A stretch of DNA of 64,000 nucleotides from Octopus sinensis. Its lineage: Eukaryota. Below are positions 49,386 to 61,500 of the stretch, piece by piece. The stretch spans positions 27,527,360 to 27,591,359 of the forward strand of contig NC_043019.1 in the NCBI RefSeq assembly GCF_006345805.1. The letters run 5' to 3'. The translations under genes were made by a program, and so were the position numbers. Numbering within the stretch: position 1 is the stretch's first letter; each line of letters opens with the position of its first letter. The notes under the pieces were generated by a model. The model saw only the letters and a list, made by a program, of their open reading frames with translations, did not search any database and was not told where the DNA came from.

Positions 49386-49565
49386 TTAGTTTTGTGACTT
49401 GTTGCTCCACCCTAAGGATCGTTCAATCCAACCACGCATGGACGATATCTTTGTGAAAACGTTTGGAGAATTGGCTGCACAGTTGTAGCGTCCTTTAGAC
49501 AAAACTCCTACAATAGTCCACCGATTGTCTGGTTCCCAGCACATCAAGGCACCTCCACTGTCACC
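49386..49565 (-). CDS. Protease terminal exon, catalytic Ser (GDSGGALMC..VGVLSKG..PNVFTKI..*)
   Basis: tttgcag acceptor, phase 0, stop at 49386-49388. Confidence 0.95.
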   Translation of the reverse strand, partial: GDSGGALMCWEPDNRWTIVGVLSKGRYNCAANSPNVFTKISSMRGWIERSLGWSNKSQN

Positions 49566-52500
49566 CTGCAAAGAATATTGAAATATCACAAGCACACACA
49601 CACACATATTTATATATACAGGGTGATTCAAAAGTCACCATACATAGGAACAGGTTATAAGAATAGATTTTTTTTTATTTAACAGGCTCTATATGGCCCA
49701 GTGGTTAGGGCAGTGGACTCGTGGTCGTAGGATTGCAATTTTGATTTCCAGACCGGGCGTTGTGAGCGCTTATTGAACGAAAACACCTGAAAGCTCCCTG
49801 AGGCTCTGGCAGGGGGTGGTGATGATCCCTGCTGTACCTTTTCGCCACAACTTTCTCTCGCTCTTTCTTCTGTTGGCCTGCTCACTTAGCCAGCGGTGTG
49901 GCGTCATTTGAAGGCTAAAACAAAGCGAAGCGCATTATGACCAGCGAAGTGTAGCAACATCTGATAGCCTGGTTGGTCACGGTGATCACAGTGATATGGT
50001 TACCACTGTTTTGAATACACATTGCAGTATGTTTATCCCATTCACTGTGAACTCATAATAATAGCACATCTGGTGATATGTAAGCAAATGAGTTGGTGAT
50101 GCATTCCTTCAAATGAGTTATGTCTTTTATCTTTCTGCAATACATCATGCTTTTCAAATGTCCCCAAAGATAGAAATCAAGAGGGGTCATATCAGGGGAT
50201 TTCGGGTATCTTATAAACCATTTTTATAAAAAAGAATAAATTTTCCCTATGTATGGAGACTTTTGAATCACCCTGTATATACTAAACATTATATATATAT
50301 ATAAAACAAACATGATATCACCATCAAGATACAAGACCCGATACTGCAACAGCTTGGGTTTCAAGGGCCCATAGCTCTTTAATATCCTACCAAAATGGGA
50401 TGGATGTAGGTGTCTTCAAATCAAACTTGGATCTCTTCCTGTCAAGAGTTCCAGATGGGCCCACCTCATGGCAGGCCGTGCAGATGAGAGCAATAGCATC
50501 AAACACCCTCGCTCACCAAATTCCACATATCAGATGAGGTTTCAAGTAGCGCAAATGTAGCAAAGCTAATGGTGATGCCCCAGTATGGCCACAGCTCCCA
50601 AGCTGAAACTAGCTGAAGAGTACAACAGACTGAAACTGAATTGATACACAATACCACATTGCTAAGGGTGACACTCCTGGCAGGTCTTCCAGATTGCTCA
50701 TCCTCTTCCAGGGATGGTCTTCTGCTCTTGAAGTGCCAATGCCACTCAAAACATTGCATACAACCCATTGCCTCATTGCCGTAAGCTTACTAAAGCATGC
50801 TCAATGTCTCTGTAGCAGACTTCCTAAGTTTGAAGCAAAATATCATGGTGGTTCTTTGTTCCAACTTCCTGTCTATGACAAAAGTCACAGACTACAGCAT
50901 ACATGTGATCACAAAAGCACAAATTTCACAACCTGCAAAGTACACACGGTGATGTCACTTGACACACTGCCCCATGAAGGTCTCTGCTAGCTCTCAATGC
51001 ACATGCAACCATGTGCTGCCATCTGTTGGGGTCCTATGGAACTAGTCCGGGGACTTTTTGATACCACCTCGTAATTATTCTCTTTAAGACACTCAAACAT
51101 TTCCTGTCTGAATTACTATTGGAAATGCAGTGACCTAGTAATTGGCCCCCTGAATGAGGACCCAACGAAAATACTGTAGTTTGTCAGTTGTGATGTAAAA
51201 TAACTAATAAAATTTATATTGTATATACTCACGTAACATCCGGTGATGGAACTTTCCATGTATCCAGCACACAAGTTGTGCTCCCAGTCCGGCTGTGGTC
51301 GGAACCCGGCACAGTTGGCATTGTCTCGAATAACCATACGCACTTCATGTAAATAGTTGCTGTATCTGCGTTTGCTGTCTGGAGGTGGAGACATAAGGGA
51401 TGGGTGGCAGTAGAGAGAGAGAGAGAGAAAGAAAGAGCATTTTAGAATAATTAGAGTGGGAAGGGATGAACAATAACAGAAATTGGATCTTTTTGGTTTG
51501 AACAGCAGTTTTTAACATAATTTCTAGGTGTCATATGAAATTGTCACCCATAATTATGACCCTAGGATCGATCTATTGCATTTCAATCTATTTTAGATTT
51601 AGGGTTAGTTAGGGGTGGGGGAAGGGTATCTTTTTTTCTTCACAAATGTAAATAAATCCAATCTGTTTCTTAAACGAGGGACATATTCATACGGCACAGA
51701 ATGCTTTCACCTCAATAGATGGTCATTGATTGGTTGAAATTGCCGAAATGCAAGAAATTAAAGACGAAATATGTTACAAACTACAGAATTTTCTCAAGAA
51801 AGCCAAGAGAAAATGATGTTTTATAAACACATTCTACCAGTATACGAAGTTTAAAATTTTTTAGTTACCTAGAAATTATGTTAAAAACTGCTGTTCAAAC
51901 TGAAAAGATCCCAGAAATTAAATCTTAAACACACACATACACACATAAAAATACTTATCCATATCAAAATTCAGACCCTTGCATGTACATACACACATCT
52001 GACATACATAACGTTGATTTAACAAGAGAGGTTTGACTCGCTAGAAACAGTAGTCAAAGATCTCTCAAAACAAACCCTATCATTTGAAAAAGAAAACACA
52101 CACATTAGATAATGTTTCCCTAGATTTACAAAAAATTTTTGACCTGATCTAAACTACGACAACATATATAACATTCATTTGCTCATTTCACATCAACTTT
52201 TTCCATGCTAGCATGGGTTTGAGGAGTATAATCATGAAGCAGTCTTTTCTACCTCTTTTGCAGTCTTTCAACCCACCACTTCCTCCTCTCTCACTACTTA
52301 CTTTCCAGCCTATGGGAGCTGCCCCATCCGGTCAGGTAGCAGGCCGACCTTTCGTCGTGTTTTGGTATCTCTGGCATGCAGATCGGCTTGATGCGGAAGC
52401 TGGGTGTCACGGGGTACCTGAGGTGCAACATAGCAATGTCTGGATGAGGGTGAAATGCAACCAGCTTCATCTGGTCTGGCATGACAATCCGGTCAACTGG

Positions 52501-55500
52501 GATCCGTGTTCCGTTCATCAGCCCCTCGTACAGGTCAATCTCACCGAGGACAATGGAGAAATAGTAAGGTACCATGGTCCGGTTCCACATGCTGTAGGTT
52601 CAAATAGAGAAAGAAGAAAACATAGTGTACTGTTCCATGATGGTAAGATCAACAACAAAAGTACTGCATCTTTTTTTTTATGAGCCACAATTAGTTTCAT
52701 GTGCTGAGAACATGCCAAACTGTTTTATAACATGTCTGGTGTCTTAGCACAATCATCAGACATGTTAAAAAACACTGTTCTCAGCATGTGAAACTGATTG
52801 TAGCATATAAAAACATATATTGTGTTTATTAAATAATATAAGTCCTGGGGTCAATTTGTTCGACTAAAGGCAGTGCTCGAGCATGGCCATAGTCAAATGA
52901 CTGAAACAAATAAGAGTATATATATACTGGATTTTCATGGGGAGGGGTACAATCGTTCAAATCGACCTCACTACACAACTGGTACTTAATTTATTGACCT
53001 CAAAAGGATGAAAGGCAAAGCTGACCTCAGCAGAATTTGAACTCAGAATGTAGTGACAAACGAAATGCCGCTAAACATTTCACCTGGAGTGCTAACAATT
53101 CTACCTGTTTACCACCTTAATAATAATAATAATAATAATGATGATTTCAAATTTTGGCACAAGGCCAGCAATTTTGAAGTGGAGTGTAGGTCGATTACAT
53201 GGACCCCAATGATCAACTGGTACTTATTTTATTGACCCTAGAAGGATGAAAGGCAAAGACAACCACGGCAGAATTTGAACTCAGAACGCAAGGACTGATG
53301 AAATGCCACTAACCAATGATTCTGCCTGCTCACCAAATAATAATAAAAAATAACATTGGTTTCAAATTATGGCACAAGGCCAGCAATTTCAAGGGAGGGG
53401 GTAATTGATTACATCAACTCCCACCACACAACTGGTACTTATTTTATCGACACCAAAAGAATGAAAAGTAAAGTTGACCTCAGTAGAATTAATAATAATA
53501 ATAATAATAATCATAATAATAATGGTTTCAAATTTTGCCACAAGGGCAGCAATTTTGGAGGAGGGGATGAATTGATTACATCGAATTCCAGTGTTCAACT
53601 GGTACTTGTTCTATTGATCTCAAAAGGATGAAAGGCAAAGTTGACTTTGGTAAAATTTGAACTCAGAACCTAGTGACGAGTGAAATAGCGCATTTTGTCT
53701 GGCATGCTAATGATACTGCTAGCTCTCCACCTTCATGGTTTTAAACCCCAGCACACAACTGGTACTTACTTTATTGACACCGAAAGGATGAAAAGTGAAG
53801 TTGACTTCATTAGAATTAATAATAATAATAATAATAATCCTTTCTACTATAGGCACAAGGCCTGAAATTTGTGGGGAGGGGACGAGTTGATTACATCGCC
53901 CCCAGTACTCAACCAGTACTTCATTTATCGACCCCAAAAGGATGAAAGGCAAAGTTGACCTCAGTGGAATTTGAACTCAAAACATAAGGATAGACCAAGT
54001 GTCGCTAAGCATTATTGCCCAGCATGCTAATGATTCTGCCAGCTTAACACCCTAATAATAATAATTATAGTAATAATGATAAGAGCACCCAGAGAGTGCA
54101 AACCTCTGCCAAGGCAGCCCCAATGTCTGCTCAACTGGAGATGATTTTAAAAATGAGAATATCTGAAATGAACTCAACTGCTCTCACAAATGAGAATACT
54201 AAAAATGAACCCAACCACTCTCAAAAAGTAAATAAAAAAACTGGAAAATTAATCCAGAATCCTTGACTGGTACCTGATCGATCCCAATGGTAGTCATGGA
54301 ATGTGAAGGTGGGTGTGCAGGCTGTGTTTGTATTGCTGTGTGTGCGTCGTCTGCAGCATGAACAGGGACAGTTTTCTCTATGAAGGCCTTTTTTAGTCTA
54401 TCCATTGATATGTCTTTACGACCATAAAGGTCTATAGTGAAATATTAATCCGTGCGTGAAAGAAAAAGTAAAGGACCTGCATATGGTGCTGCTAATGGAG
54501 GTTTAACAACATCGTTGCCCACCAAAACATGAGTCCAAGAAGTAAAGCTTCCTTCAAGGCAGAGCTAGAAATGTAATTGTCAAGTAGGTAAGAGGTTTTA
54601 AATAGGAGAGATATATTCAAAATTGGTAAAACTAAAAAATTGTCAAGGATAAATTAAATTTATTATTGTTACTGAATATGTTAGTGTTACTTAATTTCTG
54701 AATGGTTTTGCTGCCGTTTGTTTATGTAGCTTGATTTCTTAATTCATCAGTTTCTACTAAGATAGAGACACGAGTAAAATTAATAATAGAGAAATGAAAA
54801 TAAAACTTTGGAAACAGCAACGTTGCCATAACTTATGTGGAAACCATGAGTGCGCTTTCAAGGGAGATAATCAGAGAAAGACTTGAAAGTGTATGTAAGA
54901 TCATAATACTTCATGTAAAGTGAAGTAAATATAACAGATAATCCAGAATCCTTGTCCGGTACTGGATCGATCCCAAAATCTAATCAGTTTGTGCCAGTAA
55001 TGAAGTTAAACATCCCTGAAAGTTTCATCTGAATCCATCCAGTGGCTCTTGAGATATCTTGTCCACAGACAAACAAACAAACACAACTAAAAACAATACC
55101 TCTGCCTTCGCTAAGGTGGAGGTAATAATAATAATAATGATAGTAGTAGTAGTAATAATAATAATAATAATGATAGTAGTAGTAGTAATAATAATGATAA
55201 TGATGTATATATAAATATACAGACCCTGTCACTATACAATGTGCTGCTGTTACAAGCCATTGGTCAGAAATGAGTGTAGCGCCACATATTGGTTCTCCCA
55301 AGTAGAGCACAGAGGCTACCCAGGGCCAGGTATAGCGGTGAGCCAAGTCTCCGCCGATGATAAACTTCTGATACTGGATTGAATGATGCTTGTTGGTGCC
55401 ACAAACTGAAAACAGAGAGAGAGAAGAGCACAAGAAATTAGAGAGGGGTGGAGGTCACTGATGGAGATGGTGGGAGAGTTGGATGGGTTTGGTCAAAGAA

Positions 55501-58500
55501 ATCTGGTAAGTCTTGGAGTTTGAAATTTCATTGATGACAGTTTAGTGGTGTTTGTAGTGGAGGCACAATGGCCCAGTGGTTAGGGCAGCGGACTCGCGGT
55601 CGTAGGATCGCGGTTTCGATTCGCAGACCGGGCGTTGTGAGTGTTTATTGAGCGAAAACACCTAAAAGCTCCACGAGGCTCCGGCAGGGATGGTGGTGAT
55701 CCCTGCTGTACTCTTTCACCACAACTTTCTCTCACTCTTACTTCCTGTTTCTGTTGTACCTGTATTTCAAAGGGCCGGCCTTGTCACTCTCTGTGTCACG
55801 CTGAATATCCCCGAGAACTACGTTAAGGGTACACGTGTCTGTGGAGTGCTCAGCCACTTACACATTAATTTCACAAGCAGGCTGTTCCGTTGATCGGATC
55901 AACCGGAACCCTCGTCGTCGTAACCGACGGAGTGCTTCCAAAGTGGTGTTTGTAGGGTTGTGGGTAGGAGAGGGGTGATGGATGGGATGTGTTTGAGGAG
56001 GTGTGAGGGTGGCCTTGTGTAGGTGAGGATTTAAGGGTGTGCAGGGTGTTTTTAGGTTTGTGATGGTGGAGCAGTCAAAGAAGGGGGGAGTTTTGGGAAG
56101 TGTTTGGTGGGATGTGGGGGTCGGAGTAACTGTAGTTGGGATTCCCCGTTAATTTGTTGGGTTGCAGGGTCTGTGTGGAGGGGTAGTTGTTGGAGTAGAG
56201 GAGTGGTTGTAGGGGTAGATTGTAGCAGTGTAGGGTGTGTTTGTAGGTACAAAGAGAAGGTTCAGTCTGTGTGTACGTATATGTGAGGGTGGGGTGGAGT
56301 TTATAGCCTTGGGAGAAGGTTTAGTGTGTGTGTGTGTGTGTGTGTGTTTGTAAATGTGTGGGGAAGCATTTTTTGTATATGGAATGTGTGTTGTCGCTGC
56401 TGTTTTTAAACCCTAGGCCAGATTACATAGAACAGCCCCTACCATCAAAGGTTTTGTTGCTGTTACCTTCTCCCCTTATATTCAAATGAAGTATATTCAG
56501 GACAACAGACACTTCCACCGGAATATCTTTATTTACAATGGTATGTTGGGATCTAAGGGAGATTTTACTGACATTTCTAGCAAGTGAACTGACTGCACAG
56601 AGGACTTTGATGGATTTGAAGGATGGGGGTCAGTGTTTGTAAGTAGGTGGAGGAGTGTTTGTTTAACATGTGTGTGTGTGTGTGTGCACATGCATATGTG
56701 TGTATATGCATACACACACCCCCATATGTAGGGGTATCTTTGGATTTGTTGTTAATTCTTTTATTTGTTTCAGTCATATGACTGCGGCCATGCTGGAGCA
56801 CCGTCTTTAGTCGAACAAATTGACTACAGGACTTATTCTTTGTAAGCCTAGTACTCATTCTATTGGGTCTCTTTTGTTGAACTGCTAAGTTATGGGTATG
56901 TAAGCACACCAACATCGGTTGTCAAGTGATGGTGGTGGTGGTGGGGGGGGGGGAAACACAGACACACAAACATATACATACATTCACACACACACACAGA
57001 TATATATATAAAAGATGGGCTTCTTTCAGTGTACATCTACCCAAATCCACTCACAAGGCTTTGTTTGGTTGGCCCAAGGCTATGGTAGAAGACAAGTGCG
57101 CAAGGTGACACACAGTGGGACTGTGATTGGTAAGTAAGCTAACTAAACTGAAATTACATTTCTACTGTTCATTTTGTCGGATGATAACAAGGATAGTAGA
57201 AACATCAACATGCACTTACCTCTTTCATTACAAGCCATATGAACAACCTTGTTACTTTCACAAGACCTAATAACAACAAGAACAGTAGCAATTATCAAAG
57301 AGAAACATTATGGTGAATCAATACAGAAATAATCAATTTTCTAGTTAAAGTATCAAAAAAAAAAATGATCTGAGAGGGGGGATAAAATAACTAAAAATAC
57401 AAATAGAAATAAAATAAAATGAAAAATAAAATAAAAATAAAATAGATATGAAATAAAAATAAAACAAAAAATAAAATAATAAAATTAGATTAAAAGAGAA
57501 AATAAAACATAAAATAAAAAATAAAATAAGATAAAATAAAAAATAAAATAAGATAAAATAAAAAATAAAATAAGATAAAATAAAAAATAAAATAATAAAA
57601 TAAAATAAAAGATAAAATAAAATAAGATAAAAAATAAAATAAAAGGTAGAATAAAATAAAAAATTAAATTAAAAAATAAAATGAAAAATAAGATAAAATA
57701 AAAAAGAAAAGATAAGATTAAAAAATAAAACAAAAACTAAAATGAAATAAAAATAAAATAAAATAAGATGAAATATACAATAAAAATAAAAAATAAAATA
57801 AAACATAAAATTAAAAAATAAAATGTAAAATAAAGAATAAAAAATAAAATAAAATAAAACAAAGAAAATATATAAATTAAAGAAAATGTAATAAAAAATA
57901 ATAAAAAATAAAAGTAAAAATAAATATAAAAATAAAATAAAATAAAAGATAAAATTAAATTAAAAATATAATTAAAATACAAAAATAAAATAAAAAATAA
58001 CAAAAGATAAAAAAAATAAAATAAAATAAAATAAAAATAAAATGAAAAATAAAATAAAATATAAAATAAAAAATAAAATAAAATAAAACAAAAAATAAAA
58101 TTACGGAGATGTACATGCATAGCACGTGACCAGATCTGATATCGTGTGCTGGAACGAAAACAATTGCAGCGTGGAAGGTGTTTATAAGCCATTTGAGAAA
58201 CACAAAAACCGTAAGATTCACTTCAACATTTAAATTTAATTTGTCAAAATATTTTCATCGCTTTGAGACCACGACCTGTTCACTGGCAAAATTCTGTGCT
58301 GCATCTTGGAATTTTGTCGCGGTCTTAAAGCGACGAAAATATTTTGGCAAATTAAATTTAAATGTTGAAGTGAATCTAACTGTTTTTGTGTGTTTCTCAA
58401 ATGGCTTATAAACACCTTCCACACTGCAAAAAATAAAATAAAAATGAAATATAAAATAAAACAAAAAATAAAAGAAAAAATGAAAGAAAATAAAACAAAT

Positions 58501-61500
58501 ACTTGGAAAATATTTTGTGGTGAACAGGAAATTGTCTGCATGATGGACAGGAAATCAGTTGCATAGTTGTGGTGGGTGGAGAGGAAAGTAGATGTACAAG
58601 TAAATATGTGCGTATCATCATCATCATCATTTAGCGTCCGCTTTCCATGCTAGCATGGGTTGGACGGTTCAACTGGGGTCTGTGAAGCCAGAAGGCTGCA
58701 TCAGGCCCAGTCTGATCTGGCAGTGTTTCTGAGGCTGGATGCCCCTCCTAACACCAACCACTCCGTGAGTGTAGTGGGTGCTTTTTACGTGCCACCCGCA
58801 CAGGTGCCAGACAGAGTTGGCAAACGGCCACGGACAGATGGTGCTTTTTACGTGCCACCGGCATCAGTGGTACTTTTCCCTGGCACGAACCCAAACTGCA
58901 TCTCATCTAAACTAACTCTCTCTCTAATTAGTTGGGCAATGACCCTCCCCGTAACCTTCATCACCTGATCCAACAGCTTGATACCTCTGTAATTATTTGT
59001 ATCTAGGGTGTCACCTTTACCTTTGTAGCAGTTGACTATTATACTGCTACACCAGTCATTGGGTATGACTCCTTCGTATGTGCTTATATATGTGTGTGGC
59101 TGAATTTATGTGAGTGTATACATGTGTGCTTGTATTAATGTGAGCATATACATATGTGCATATACATTCACACCTCTGCGCACCACACACACTTTGCATA
59201 CGTGTGGTGGTTATGATGATGGTAATTGTCATGGCTGTAATGATGGAAATAACAAGTTTTAATGGTGAAGGTCATGTTATACTTACGATGCTGTCCTGAT
59301 GTAGTTCTGAAGAGGGTATTTAAGTGTTTTACTGAGGATCTGCTGGTAGGAGTGGGTATTTTCAGGTGCATCAAGTAACTCAACTCTATTTACATTCCTA
59401 GGGAAAGAACACAATGAAGAGAAAATGTTAGTGATTTCTAAACTAGACACAAAGGCTATGTGTATATTACTATATATATATAGGGAGAGTTTATGAAAAA
59501 AACAAAAGAGGAAGACAGGTGGTATACAAAACAAACAGATGTATTAGTATAACGCTCAGGAATAGAAAAAGTCTTTTACATTTTGAGCCTACGCTCTTCT
59601 ACAGAAAGGGTCACAGAAAAAACAAGGAGAGAAAAAAAATGTGTGTAGTGGCTATATATATATATATTATTCTTTTACTTGTTTCAGTCATTTGACTGTG
59701 GCCATACTGGAGCACCGCCTTTAGTTGAAAAAATCAACCCCAGGACTTATTCTTTGTAAGCCTAGTACTTATTCTATCTGTGTCTTTTGCTGAAATGCTA
59801 AGTTACGGAGACACAAACACACCAGCATCTGTTGTCAAGCAATGGTGGGGGACAAACACAGACACAAACACGATAGGCTTCATTCAGTTTCTTCTACCAA
59901 ATCCACTCACAAGTCTTTGGTTGGCCTGTGGCTATAGTAGAAAACACTTGCCCAAGGTGCCACGCAGTCTATATTGCTGTATATATTATAGTGTATATAC
60001 TGTGTGTATTCTATCTTTATAGTAGGTTGCACCATCTGTGTTTGTACGTGTAAGAGGTGACTGAAAGGATCGCTGATAGGAAGAGGATTTGGTATATACT
60101 ACTCTCTTGCTTGTTGCATTGTCCCCCCAACCAGACTGCCTCTCTAGGACTCCATGCCAGGTAAAAATTTCGACCAGCTAACACAGAATTTAATCAAAAC
60201 AGTATTTATTACAAGTCTTGAAAACTTACAGTTTAACTTAACTTAAAACTCTTTACAAAAAAAGGACTTGAACTTTTCCTTAAAGATCAAAACTGCATCC
60301 AAAGTGTTTTGTACAGAGATGTGAGATAACTGATCAAGAACAATCAACACCGACCTAAGACGGACAACCAAAGAAGAAAAAAAAAACTGTCTTTACTCCA
60401 TCATACAATGTCTGAATAAAAGACAGGATGGTCATATTTGGGAAACATTTAGCTGACCTGGATCTAAACAGCTACAACAACAGTCTCTATCCAGATACAT
60501 CAATATAGCTAGTGCAAAGAGTTACTTACTTGTGTCGGAGATATTTACAGACAAACGAGGCCCAATCTTTAGACCAATTGTTGGCACAGACCATGCTGGT
60601 TTTACCCCGTAAAGTGAGAGCCAACACAGGCAGCGACTTTGAGGAATCATATTTTCTCAGTGAAACTGAAAATATAAAATATTTTGTTAGTGGTTTGCAT
60701 TTGTGTTAGTTATGTTTGTTTTGTTTGTTTGAAGAATACATGGACATGCCAAAGGAGGAAGTGTGAAGCTGATTTAGGGATTTGTTGAGGAAATGGTGTG
60801 AAAATACAGATCGTGGTGTGGAAATACAGAACATGGTATGGAAGTACAGATCATGGTGCAGAAATAAAGATCATGGTGTGGAAGTATAGATCATAGTGTG
60901 GAAATACAGATAGTGGTGTGGAAATACAGACCATGGTGTGGAAATACAGACCATGGTGTGGAAATACAGACCATGGTGTGGAAATACAGACCATGGTGTG
61001 GAAATACAGATTCATCATCATCATCATCATCGTTTAACGTCCGCTTTCCATGCTAGCATGGGTTGGACGGTTTAACTGGGGTCTGGGAAGCCCAAGGCTG
61101 TACCAGGCCAGTCAGATCTGGCGGTGTTTCTACAGATTGTAGTATGGAAATACAGATAGTGGTATGGAAATACAGATAGTGGTATGAAAATACAGATTGT
61201 GGTGTGGAAATACAGATCTCGGCATGGAAATACAAATTGTGGTGTGGAAATACAGATTATGGTGCAGAAATACAGATTGTGGTGTGGAAGTACAGATCAT
61301 GGTGTGGAAGTACAGATGATGGTGTAAAAATACAGATCATGGTGTGGAAATACAGATCGTGGTGTGGAAATACAGATCGTGGTGTGGAAATACAGATCGT
61401 GGTGTAAAAATACAGATCATGGTGTGGAAATACAGATTGTGGTGTAAAAATACAGATCGTGGTGTGGAAGTACAGATGATGGTGTAAAAATACAGATCAT

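Noticed and set aside
55556-55640. tRNA-like A and B boxes
   Set aside because: Continues into a SINE body found in several copies; no complete cloverleaf, so not called as a tRNA gene. The same applies to the other SINE heads.
57485-58221. F/I/L/Y-rich ORFs resembling membrane proteins
   Set aside because: Translations of the (AAAAT)n array.
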